Shown here piece after piece: positions 1 to 12,867 of a stretch of DNA of 64,000 nt. Every line of letters starts with the position of its first letter. Position 1 is the first letter of the stretch. Position numbers and translations under genes: made by a program. Origin of the DNA: Takakia lepidozioides (taxonomy: Eukaryota; Plantae; Bryophyta); the NCBI GenBank assembly GCA_030704615.1, contig CM060731.1, positions 16,244,001-16,308,000 on the forward strand, in the 5' to 3' direction. Under the pieces are notes generated by a model, which searched no databases, was not told where the DNA came from, and was given only the letters and a program-made list of their open reading frames with translations.

Positions 1-16
1 TGTGTGCTCGTTGCAG

Positions 17-2765
17 CCTGGATGTGTCCAGAAAGATGGCACTCGTCAGGTGATAATAGACCTTCAATTTAAATACTCTTAAAGACGTAGGTCGTTGTTC
101 TTGGTTGATCACTCTTCCAAGTTGGAAAGAGAAGAAATGAAATTGAAAATCTTGTAATTAGCTCTTATTTGTGGACATCTACAGCATGCTGCTTTGAATT
201 AATAATGCAATTTTGCTTGTACTGTTGTGCAGTTGCCTGTGGCTGCCATGCTAGCAAACTTCACGAAGCCAACAAAGGAAAAGCCATCTCTACTAGGGCA
301 CTCCGAAGTGGAGACCTATTTCCATGAGTTTGGACATCTGGTGAGCATCACCACACACGCACGCTGACATACTCTCTTTCTATTCCTTTGCATGCTCCAA
401 GAAATTGTCAGTATCATAAGTATTCTGGATGACAGCTCTGTGGGGTTCCAAGTGTAGATCATATTTCTCACAGATGTTAAAGTGGGCATTGCAATGAGTA
501 GTTGGCCTTTCTGTGTGTCTGTTACCACCGATAGTAAATGTTAGACTCAACCCAAGAGTAGAGACAAAGAGAGACAAGAAAGAATTGAAATAAACTACAA
601 ACACTTTGACCATTGTGCTGGTAGAGTTGCATATTTTCCTGTTCATCTACAATTTTTTTGCTTCTTTCAAGAGCAAAATTTCTCACAGTACCACATCTGG
701 TTTTGACATGCCATAACGTGTAGGGGCATAGTGCTTGCCAGCAATGGTATAAGGCCATCAAAGAGAAACATGGCACTGGTTTGTGTTTGGTCAATACCAA
801 TGTATTTGACTGATGCTGCAGATGCATCATATTTGCAGCCGTGCACCGTTTGCTAAATTTTCTGGCTTACGCGTGGAAGATGATTTTGTCGAGGCCCCCA
901 GTCAGATGTTGGAAAACTGGTAATTTGATGCTTTCCCCTCCTGAGCGGACATTTTCACTTGCTTGACTGACCATGGTCTTTGTCGATTTGGCCTTCATCC
1001 CTTCTGGGTGCAGGATTGTCACATGCATCAAAGATTCATGCTCTTACAAGCTGCAATGGTTTGAAGAGAGAATACCGGTTACAAGAGTGGTGCCAATTTA
1101 ATTTTGCAGGTGTTTGGAGAGCCAGTCATTGAAGCTAATGAGCGGCTTCTACAAGGCAAGTACTTGCTATTGATCTACCAACCAATCAGTTGGACATTGA
1201 TTGTTGTGAAACCATGAGTTTTGCTTGACGATTAATATTGAAAGGAGAGTCAAACAGGCTTTCTGCAGTTTACATCAACATACAGGGATTAGTGAACCTT
1301 GGTACTTTCTGCAGGTTAATGCTGTAAACGACATACATGATATCGTGGATTTGTGTGGCTAGGGATAACTGACAAGGTTCAGTATGTGCAGGACACAAAG
1401 CAACCTTTACCAGAAGATATTTGTGTGGCCCTACTGCAAAAGAAGCAAGCACATGCCGGCCTCCTTACAAAGCGCCAACTCCTATTTGGTCTGTCCCAAG
1501 GAAAATAAATTGCTCAGTTTTGCATGTTCCTTCAGAAGATATTTTTTGTAGCTTTGCACTCTGAATTTTGGTTTTTCTTTGACAGGAATGCTTACAGCCT
1601 ATTTGACTCAAATTTCTCTACACGGAAAAAACTGATCTAGCCCTGCCTGCATCCCCATCAGATTGGTCACGGTGGTTCAAATGTTGGGCCACGTGAAGGC
1701 TTCTGAGAGGCAATGGTGGGTTCTGTACAGGGCTTTTTGACCAGGCTATTCATATGCGAGATAAAGTAGACACTGCTGCCGTACTCGAAGAGCTAATCCC
1801 ACAGGTAATGCTTTCAGCAATATTTGGAGCAAGAGTTTGCAAAATAACAAGGAGCACATGTGGTGGGAATAATCTACGTCTTACCTCGATTTTCTTCGGT
1901 GCCAGTGCCTTGCTCCTCGATATAGCTTTGATGTGTTTTGTAGTTAGATACTAGATACTCAACAAAGATCTCCTGGCCTGCCCATATGGTAAGGGATTCC
2001 TCAGCAAGAGTCCCAATCTTGTGTTCAATTCATGGCTGATAATGTGCATGGTCTAAGATGGGGGCAGGTCATGGAGGGCATCCCTATGATGGAAGGCACC
2101 AACTTCAGTGCCTCCTTTGGTCATCTGACAGGTGGTTATGACGCTGCCTACTACGGCTACTTGTGGAGTGAGGTGGGCTTGTACTTTCTTTTGCGGTGTA
2201 GTTGTCCATCTGTAATCAGGGTTTTGATGAACTGTTTTTGAAAGAAACTCTCAGATCTACTGGTGTAGGGGATTGGGGTTGTGCGGCTGTCTAGTTCACT
2301 TATTATTTGTGAATTCCAACCCACAGGGAGATTAATGCACTTCATTTTGTGTGGACCATGTGGGAGTAGGTATTCTCAGCAGACATGTTTGAAAGCAAGT
2401 TTAAGGGTGACGTTTTAAGCAAAATTGCAGGCAGGGAATATCGTGAGAAGGTGTGTTGTTCTTGTTCTTGTTCCATCTATTTATCTATCTCCGTGTTTTC
2501 TTGTGCAAACAAACACCTCCCCCACCCTTCGTTCTGTTCAAACCTGGGTCTATATTATATGCAGGAATTGCCTCAACTTGTATGGATTCTAGTGTTATCA
2601 CATATGGATACAGGATGGACCTTCGAACTTTCACAGAAAATACTGTTTGTTAATGCACAGGTCTTGGCCCCTGGGGCTTGCAAAGATGCTGTGGACATCC
2701 TACGGGAGTTCCTTGGGCGTGAGCCAACTGAAGACTCCTTTCTAAGGAGCAAAGGTCTTTTGTGA
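17..2765 (+). CDS. Thimet oligopeptidase / peptidase M3 family, 3' part of a multi-exon gene (5' end outside the window)
   Basis: Exons approx 17-49, 233-340, 822-919, 1110-1155, 1392-1487, 1731-1804, 2068-2172, 2370-2450, 2661-2765. Zinc motif [40 protein letters not shown]-terminal FLGREP...FLRSKGL. Confidence 0.92.
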
Positions 2766-4381
2766 ATCACATTTCCTCTTGATAATGAGTTGCGTTAGTT
2801 CCATGTGCTCCCTTAAAAGGTGTCTTGTGGTGGAACACCGTCCAGATATGATCCGGAGTGGAGGCAAATAGGTTGGTACCATGCCAATTTGTGGTGCAGC
2901 CTGTTTTTGAAGACGTAAAAAATGCCAGTTGATCAATCTGGGGGTTTGCCCTGGCCAGAACCATTTGAAGCCACAAGTATGAGTCCGATGGAAGTTGGTG
3001 ATTGTCACTTTTTTGCTTTGGTTTGTCTCGGCAAGTAGTATTTGACCCCCCAATAGGTACAGGGGATGTGTCAAATAGAATGTCATTGACGAGACAAGAT
3101 GTTTTTGTTTGTACAAATTCTGATAGATAACTTGATTCCCAAACTTTGATGCTTCTCTCCTCATTAGGCAAGCAAGACTGCTCAGTTATCCTGATTTGCC
3201 CCCCTATGCGATGTAAGGAGGTTCATCATCCTATGTTTCTCAATACAAGTATTATTGTTGTTACGGAATGACTTGAATGTGTCTAGCATGCAGTCTGTAG
3301 TCTGTACCAATCACCCAAACAAGACCTCGCAGCTTTGTGTCCATCTCAGTACCTGTCAACCTCACCTGCTGATGTTAGGAGAAGATGCTTGCAATTGGTA
3401 GTACTGACTGAACCCATGGGTGGTAGGACATTCCCCCTTTCCTGACCTTACACGAAAGAGATGATCTTGGTTACAACTGCCGAGCATTGACACCCTCCTG
3501 GACTACACTCCCTTGAGGGAGACCTTTGGAGTGGTTTCTAAGAACAATGGGTTAATCCGTGAGGGTGAATCTGCACCAAAGCCTTGCTTTAGTCCAGCAC
3601 CGCCCTTGCACTACAATTGGCTTCTCTGAGACTGAGCATTGGTCGGACTTTGCTGCAGTATGGGTCTTAATCTGTCACTTCTTGGCCCGAAGAGCAGAAC
3701 CTTGGCAGACGTCCAAATAATATAGAGCCACCTGACAGCAATCAGAAATTACTTCCTGAAACACAGAGTACATCATGTGGAGCCTCAGATACCATTGAGT
3801 TCCTAGCATGTCTAAAATATTGCTTCTATCAACTTTCATAGCCAGCATTTCTCCACCAATAAGGTAAAGAAAGAGAAATTATTCTGGCAATGGCTGTAGA
3901 GCACCCTCAGGTAATCTTGTAGCCACTGAACCACCAGAAGCTGTTGCCCCTGCCCTGAACACCCATTTTGGCCTCCTCCCCTCTCCCAGGGTTTCTGAAG
4001 TGACGAGCTATGACCTTCCCAATGAAAGATATAAGAATGACAACCCCGCCTTATGGAGAGGGCAAACCATAACACACTTGAAATTCAAAGTTGTTGGTGG
4101 GCTGGCAGCAATTCTTTGAAATGAGCAGAAATTTCAGGCCATCACTTTTTGTCTTGGTTAAGACATTGTCTTAGATGCCCATGAGGCTTGTTCTTTTACT
4201 CTAGCTTTGTTGACAGTACATGTTGGAATACAAGTTGTTTGAAGCAATCCATCTATCCAGAGCCACCAACAATCATCATCTGGCCTGCCTAACTGAAACC
4301 CTTCTGTGGCTTTCAGTGCTTAATTCAACTTCAAATCTCTAGGGAGGTCGGGCCAAAGAGGAATGATATGTCTGCAAACAT

Positions 4382-5613
4382 TTAGGATATATTGGCCCCC
4401 TTGAGTGAAGTGGAGGTCACAATTCCAGTGGAAGCACGCATGGCCCTATCTTGAAACACTGCCACACCTTCTTCTGTAGTTTTGAGCAAGGGTTGAATAC
4501 TTTCCCAAACCTTCTTCTTTTGAACCTGCAAAAGTCAAATTAATAGAAACAGTCAGACAAGAAGCATGAACATGGTATGGCCAGTCTCGGCATATGCTTT
4601 TGTCCACAATTGCGCAACTAACACACAGCAGTAATCGAAATGTCTACCTGGTTTGGAGTGCCTGCAGCTGCCTGATTTGCCTGGTCAGCTTCCGAACCAA
4701 ACCAAATGCGCTCTCCCGGCACTGCCCCTTCAGGAGGTGTTAGAAGCTCCACATGTTCATGCATTGCATCTGATGCAGCTAGGAGCATGCCATTTGACTT
4801 TACTCCACGCATGTTCCGTGGCTTAAGATTTGCCAGAACCACCACCGCTCTGCCCTGCAAAGAAACTTCGTCAGACTAGGTACCCTGCATACCTAAAATG
4901 CAAGATGATGTATTTGGGTTTCTTTTCATTTGAGGGATACTCATCGATCTGCCCACCTGCAATGCCATAACCAAACTGGGAAAACCTGTGACCCTCGCTG
5001 GCAACTCTTAATCCAATTCTGCCTCCGACTGAAATCACTCAAAAGCAAAGATAAACAGTGGCGAGCAGACCTGCAGCTCCTCCTCAGACACATACTTGAC
5101 GAGGCCACTACAAATAGTGCGCGGGCCTGCAGCCTCTCCCATATCCACCTCTTCTACATACAAAGAATCCGCCTCTGGGTGTTTCCACGCCTTCAATATC
5201 CTCCCGATTCTTATATCTAATAGGTCTAGCTCTATTGCAGAGTCAGCGACCTCGGCCGGAGAAGACGAATCCACAGATACAGACGACTCAGCAGCTGCTA
5301 CTGTTGAGCAGAACAGAGGAGCGGGTGCCGGACTCCCCAAAGACGAGAGAGAGCCGCTTGAGCTGAGGAATGATGAACCCAATAAGAAGAAAGGGGATTG
5401 AGTACAAAAACTAACAGAAACACTCACAGACAAACACTGAGCAGGGGTGGGGGATGACCTAGACCGACTATCTCGAAGCAGAAAACACGCTGAAGCTGAG
5501 AATGGGCATGGGGAAGAACGAACTGTAGAGCTCAAAGATGGAGACGGCAATGCGAAGGAACTTGTCATGGTGAGGCCGGCTAACCTTGCAGCCCTTACCC
5601 CTGCCATCGCCAT
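4382..5613 (-). CDS. tRNA-binding OB-fold protein (EMAP II / MetRS C-terminal-like) with a probable plastid transit peptide
   Basis: Three exons approx 5613-5071, 4855-4649, 4525-4382. [56 protein letters not shown]. Ser-rich N-terminus. Confidence 0.88.
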
Positions 5614-6468
5614 CTCCCTTCTCTTCCCTCCCCTCTCTCCTCTGCCCCCGAGAAAGGCCTTGAGAATGGATGAATTACCTCGCATGCTTGTCCACATCCA
5701 TCCACCCCTGACCGCGCGGCTGACGCGCCGAACTGCGCCGCTCCTGCCGCCGCTCTCGTCGGGCAAGCCCAAAAGTTACCATTTTACGAGACGCAGCGGG
5801 CAGGAATGGGAAAGAAGCGGGCAGACGGGCAGCGAGTGAAAAAGGGCAGGTGGAGCGAATCCAGGCAGGGTGACACGGAGCGGTTATGTGTGAGCTGCTC
5901 TCCGTTGTGGCAGCGCAGCACCCCTCTATCTCTCTATCTCGCTCTCTCTATGTGTATCCGTCTACCTCTCTGCACTGTGCTGTCTCCAACACCGAGCTTC
6001 AATTTGTGCGCAACACCTATTTGTGGTTGCGTCCACGCTCTCTCTCTCTCTCTCTGCTCCATCTGTGGCTAGTATCGAATGCGGTGTTGTTGTCGCTGAT
6101 TTCCACTGGGAAAGGGTTTTTGTGGAGGGGTTCTGGTGCTGGAGGGGATCGAGATTTTTGTCTTGCTGGGTTGAATGTAGGTTCTAGAGAGGTTTTGCAC
6201 AAGCTGTGTGGTTCTTGGGTGGAGAGATTTTCTGATAGAGGGGAATAATCGAGAGATTTTCGGATGCAATACCTATTTGCTTCTCGGTGAGTGGGTGAAG
6301 TGCTAGAGTACTGGGAGCTTTGGGGAGCCTGTGATGGGCTCCATGCGTTGCACGGCAGCGTTTTCTGTCGGCATTCTGTTGGGATTCTAGTTTTGGAGCT
6401 TTGGAATTCATCGATTGGTAGGGATTGTGGGTTGATTAAAGCGGGAAGAGCAACGTGCAGCTTTTGAG

Positions 6469-9400
6469 ATGGCAAATATAACTTGTGCGAAGCCGATGGC
6501 GGCAACGTCGAATGGGGTGTGGCAAGGAGACAATCCCATCCATTTTGCTCTTCCACTGCTCATAATTCAGATTACGATAGTGCTCGTCATCACCCGCACG
6601 ATCGCGCTGTTCTTGAAGCGTTTGAGACAGCCACGTGTAATTGCGGAAATCATTGTAAGTTCCTGGACCGGCCATTTTTCTCTGAGAGTGATTGAGGGAG
6701 AGCCCTGGAAGGCGGTGCTTCCAGAAATTTTGCAAGGTGAAGCTGATTCGAGATATTGTTGTTGCAGTTAGAAGCACATTTCAGTCACTTAATATGGGAT
6801 GTCGAGGTTGGCTCGGTAGAAGTCTACACAGTCTGCAGTTGAGATGTAGTTGTGAATTGCACGCTCCTTGGTCGTTTGAGGGATACACTCCACAGACATT
6901 GCACAGCCTTTTTGGAGCTCCCGTGGCCGGCCCATGGACTTTGCAATGATGATACCTACAAAGTTTTGGCTGCTGCTGTTTGACTGGTGTCCAGGACTCA
7001 GACCATTTCTGTTTCAAGCTGTAATAATGTGATATACATGTGTCACAGTTGCCCATGCTGATGACATGTTGAATGCAGGGCGGAATCTTGCTGGGGCCTT
7101 CAGCTCTTGGCCGGAATGCTACATTCCTCGACAATATTTTCCCGAAGGCGAGCATCACAGTACTGGATACATTTGCGGATATGGGGCTTCTATTCTTCCT
7201 GTTTATGGTTGGGTTGGAGCTGGATCTGAGACAAATTCGGAAATCAGGAACCCAAGCCTTGGCCATAGCCGCCGCTGGGATATCGTTGCCATTTGTTGCT
7301 GGAGTTGGTGTCTCCTTTGTACTCCACAAAACCATTGCCCCACCAGGCAAGTTTGGTCCCTTTATGGTTTTCATGGGTGTGGCAATGTCTATCACGGCAT
7401 TCCCAGTCCTTGCACGTATTCTAGCAGAACGGAAGCTCTTGACAACGGATGTAGGTCAGATTGCCATGTCGGCAGCGGCAGTGAATGATGTAGTGGCTTG
7501 GATCCTCCTGGCGCTTGCAGTGGCCTTATCAGGCTCCAATAAAAGCCCTGCCGTTGCCGCGTGGGTGCTTCTTTGTGGGGTCGCATTTGTGATTGTCATG
7601 TTCCTGGTGGTGCAGCCTGTTATTTCCCGGATAGCTCGTCACTCGCCTAACGGGGAGCCTGTGAAGGAGGTTTATGTTTGCATCACACTTGCTGGAGTTC
7701 TGGTGGCGGGATTTTGCACGGATGCCATTGGAATACATTCCATTTTTGGTGCATTTTTGTTTGGACTCGTCATTCCAAAGGATGGGCCATTTGCTGGGAT
7801 TCTTGTGGAGAAACTGGAAGATTTTGTATCGATTTTGATGCTACCACTGTATTTTGCATCTAGTGGGTTGAAGACGAACATTGGGAGCCTTCATGGTGCA
7901 CGCTCAGGTGGCCTGCTTGTGTTGGTCATCACAGTGGCGTGCCTGGGCAAGATTATTGGCACCTTCGTGGCTGCAAAGGCGACCAAAGTGGACTTTCGCA
8001 AATCACTTACACTTGGGGTGCTCATGAATACCAAGGGCTTGGTCGAACTTATTGTGCTCAACATTGGGAAGGACCGTGGGGTAAAATTCTCTCTCTATAT
8101 ACCTAGTGCAGCAATTGGAATGGAAAGGCGGTGTGTTGTTGTCAACATCAAGGGTAGTGATGTGATCTTGTCGATCCAACACCTTTAGTGTCGTATACCT
8201 GAACTTCATGCTGCCCAGCAGTCAGCAAATTCGAGTTTATGTACTTGGATTGAGATCATGGTGGTCAATGCCTTTCCTGTTGCTTATAAGCTTCAGTGTT
8301 GCCATAGTTGGTCAGGTGTCTCCCTAGAGCTGGGAATGCTTTTAGTGAGGGACAGTGCTGCAACATGCTTTCATTGATGATAGAAGTGAACATCATGAAT
8401 CGCTTTCAAGGGTGAGGAGAAGGTAAGAGAGAGGTCAATATTGATGAGCTTACTTGAAGCTTCCACATTCCCTGAGGCAGGGTTTTGATTCCATGAGGAT
8501 CTTAAAAAAACAGTTGCTCCTCACACTGCAGATTCTACCTCAAAATGCATTGTTGGCTTGACATAAAAATTACATGTGTGTTGTCTTCTTCCCTGTGTAA
8601 ATGTGAGTGGGTGGGAGCTCTTTCATAATTGGTGTTGTTCCATGGAGCAGGTCCTGAACGATGAGACATTTGCACTCATGGTGCTTATGGCACTTTTCAC
8701 AACCATAATGACAACGCCTCTGGTGATGGCGCTATACAAGCCAGCCCGGACTCCCATCCCCTACACCCGCAGGAAACTGGACACTGAGGATCCTAAGGAT
8801 GACCTGCGTATTTTGGCATGCGCGCATGGCATGAAGAATGTGCCAGCCATGATCAACCTCACTGAAGCCACCCGTGGTATGCGCAAGCGCGCTCTTCGCC
8901 TCTACATCTTGCACTTGGTGGAACTTTCAGAGCGCTCATCTTCCATTCTGAGGGTTCAGAAAGTCCGACGAGATGGGCGCCCCTTTTTCAACCAGGAAAT
9001 ATCAGCTGAAAGCAGAGGTCAAGTTGCGGTGGCATTTGAAGCGTATGGGCAACTCAGCAAGGTAGGTTCTGTAATTTCAACCACATTGATGGATTGAGAA
9101 AACCCAACAGTAAGTAGGTATTTTGCAATTTCAGATCTCTCGCAATGCTGTCAGTTTGAATGTATGGCCTGTGTCTAGCTGGTTATTTTGACAGGAGAGG
9201 GTATCCTTTCAGAATAGTGGTCCAAATTGTTCAATAGAACTCAACATCAATTTGGTGTTTCAGGTGACTGTGCGCCCCATGACAGCTATCTCTGGATTTG
9301 AGGACATGCACGAGGACATCTGTGCGACTGCAGCTGACAAGCGAACAGCAGTGATCATCCTGCCCTTTCACAAGTACCAGAGGCTTGATGGGTCAATGGA

Positions 9401-10172
9401 GACCATGACTCTAGGTTTTCGGATGGTGAACCGGAGAGTTCTCCACTATGCACCATGCTCAGTTGCAATTCTGGTCGACCGGGGAGTTGGAGGCCCTGTG
9501 CAGTTGGCTCCCAGAAGCGTGGATCATAGTGTGGTTGTGTTTTTCTTTGGAGGACCTGATGACCGGGAAGCCCTTGCATTTGGTTGCCGCGTGGCTGAGC
9601 ACCCAGGGATCAAACTCCATGTTGTTCGATTTTTGCCGAGTAGAGGATTAGCTGACCAGGTTGGAGTTGATATGCAACCCACTTCATCAGTGAGGGAGGC
9701 AGCTGACTTGGTGGATCCTGACATTGCAGTAAGTTCCTACCACTTCGTGACAGATGGATTAGACCAAGACAAGCAAAGGCAGCTAGACAAAGAAGCACTT
9801 GTGATTTTGCATGGCAGGGAGAGAGGAGACAAGGAGGTAGATGGTACTGCTGCATCCATCACCTACGAAGAGCGTGAAATTGTAGACCCCATTGAAGCTG
9901 TGATTGAATTGACCACGACAAATGGGTATGACCTCGTTTTGGTGGGCCGATCACGGCGCCCAACCCCCTTTGTAGCAAGGCTGGCCAGCCGGCATGCTGA
10001 GAATTCAGAGCTGGGTCCAATCGGGGATGCCCTCGTTGTTCCGCAGGTCCGAGCCTCGGTGTTGGTCTTGCAACAACATGACGCCACACTGGCAACCCCT
10101 GTGGCCAAGTCTCCTGATCTCTCTCCTAACATGTTGGAGGCTGGCTTTTCAGAAGATGGGAATCCAGTCTGA
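6469..10172 (+). CDS. CHX: Cation/H+ antiporter, CPA2/CHX family
   Basis: Exons approx 6469-6654, 7079-8080, 8651-9061, 9264-10172. [77 protein letters not shown]. Confidence 0.95.
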
Positions 10173-12867
10173 AAGCATGTTGGATTAGTGACCATTGTAG
10201 TATATGTACATAGATTTGATCAGAGATCTCCCCAAGCATAAAGGGCTGATCAAGTTGTCCACTGACATGGTCTGAGTCACAGCCAGGTTGTGCAGTACTG
10301 ATTGTTTGGAGGGAGGGAGAGAGAGTTGATGGGAATAGTAGACTTTAGGTCTGGAATTTGTCAAGGTCTTCCAATTGACAAGCTCCATAATGGCTCAGTT
10401 TTTTCATTGGCTTTCATCGGGAAGTTGAGAGAGAGAGTCGATCAGAATGGTAGACTTGAGGTCTGGAGTTTGTTAAGGTCTGCCAATTGACAAAGCTCCA
10501 TACTGACATTGGAGCTCGGTTTGTTCAATTGAATTTGGTGAAAACTGGGGAGGCGGCTACTCAAGGTTCCAAGTACTACCACAGCTTGAAAGTGGGTCCT
10601 TGTTACTTTAGTTGCCCATGAATGTGGGACAATTGTATTTTCCCCACGAGGTAAAGATAGCTGTGTCGTCCAGCAGATTACAGAACTCAATATCAAGAGG
10701 CCAATGGACGTCTGAAGGAATAGTTTTGAAGAAAGTATGGTAACGTGCCACTGCAACTGATATCAGCAGTCTTAACAAGAAACAAAACATCATATGTATT
10801 GGTAGTTACTCATAATTCACTACTTCAAAATGAGACTGCCAAATTTGCTGGACATTGGCAGCAAGGTATCGTTGTATGTCCAATAAATGCATGTCTGAGT
10901 GTGTAGATACCATATTGGTTCCTTTTGACTTCCTTTCGAAAAGCACTTGGTCTTCAAACATGATTGAAAACCAAAAGCAATGTCACCTTCATGTCCTAGC
11001 TACTGGATCTGATCACAATGACCTGCCTCCATTTGAATTGCTTCCCATTGTTTGTTCATTGAACAGCATCCCATTGCAACTCACACATGTAAGCATAACT
11101 AAGTTCTGTATTGGAGGAAAATGCCGGCCAATGCACATGAACCCTATGGCCAAGGAAAAGAGCTCTTGATTCATCCGAACTTTTAATGATATATTTTTAT
11201 GTTAACTTATGAGTAAGTTTTTACTTTGGATAAACTTAAGACAATCGGGTATCCTGGGGAGGACAAGTCCTTGGGGGAGGGTTGGTAACACGTTTCCCTA
11301 GTCACAATTGTTAGAAGGCATCCATTCGAGGTAAAATGACACCATAATTTATGCTTGCTTCTGCGAAGTCTTCGCTCTTCCTTTTTATAGTGAGTTCGTA
11401 TTTTGCTGACAAAGTGTTGCTGCATAAGAACCCGGCTTGACCCCAACTTGCTTAAAACTTGGGGTGGAGTTAGACTCAGACTCCAAAATTTGATATTTGC
11501 GTGCATTTTCTTGGATCCAATTTGAACTTCTTAAAAAGCTTACTAAAAGAATGTAAAAGAACCATGTTTTGCACACTTCTGAGAATAGTACATGCATCCG
11601 CAATACCCGATTTTAAATAATCAACATGCATGTATCGAAGATATGAAATATTCATCTTCAATCCCAACCAACAATGACAAAAATAACATGATATTGCATG
11701 TTCTATTGTAATGTAATTTGCAAGGCAACAATTTGGCGAGTGGTTTGTCGGATGACAAGAGGTCGGCAGGTAAGGCCATAGATCTACCAAGAATTTTTTT
11801 TTTTTGACAAACTGTCGTTCTTTTTCAACTTGTCTTTGAATGAATGAATAAAGCAAAGTTCACGATTTTAATTTATTTATAAAGTATTGTGTATCGTCTC
11901 TTGTATGTTTCTAAAATACTTTTGAAAGTAGACACAAATATGAGATGCATTTTCATGTATTTTGATCTATTCCAAGATTATGTGTATATATTATGTTGTC
12001 TAGTAAATGAAGAAAGCAAACAAAAATAAAGCCTTGATTTTGCCTTGTTTTGCCTAGGGTTTGTTTCAGATTGGTACGTTTCAACAACATTTTTTAAACT
12101 AGACACACAAAAGAAAACATGTATCTCTTGGGTTGCTTTGGAACAACAAATACTTTGAGATGTCGCACTAGTACACATCATCATTTGAGTTCACCATGGC
12201 GACCTCTTGTAAATGGGATGATGTTGAAATGTATGAGACGAATTGTATAAGTGACATGGTGTGGCATATGAGCGCACTCGAATGGGTTTCATAGTAGGAG
12301 ATGTCAATAAATTCCAACATGTTCATAAAATACAAATTAACACTCGGGAAATGTCATGTGGGCACATAAGCCCCTATTATCACAAGTTTGATTTGATCTT
12401 GCAATACTGATCGGGAGTCCAACGTCGATAAGTTTCAGTTTCGAGATAATGGTTACAAAGGTATGTGAACCATTGTGCACTCTATTTCCCGGACCAACTA
12501 ATATATTCAATAGTTTGGTCAATTAAGATCGAAACCAACATCTCAAAAGATGAAATGTTTGTAAGTTCACATGAAAGAGGATTTCGTCTTACGGAATGAG
12601 CAAAGATCATATTTTTGAATATTGAGACCTTCACAACATCCATCATTTCTTGCTTTTGGAGTGCCAATAATAAAGGCGTTAGATACTCATTCCACCAAAT
12701 CCCATTTATGAGCGTCACGTCCGTCCGTCAGCGTCAAGTCACATCAAATTTGACGACGAGACCTCCATCACGTTAGGATCCTCATTGTCTGCGCTTTAGC
12801 TGACTCGTCTTCTTGTCACTTCAAAACCCGAAACCATTCGTCTCTCTCAGCAGTGCAAGCGCTAGGG

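Noticed and set aside
2742-4075. Short ORFs between the oligopeptidase and tRNA-binding genes
   Set aside because: No motifs; they fall in convergent 3' UTR or intergenic sequence.
11200-12720. AT-rich region with short minus-strand ORFs, possibly a decayed transposase
   Set aside because: I found no recognisable motif, TIR or TSD.
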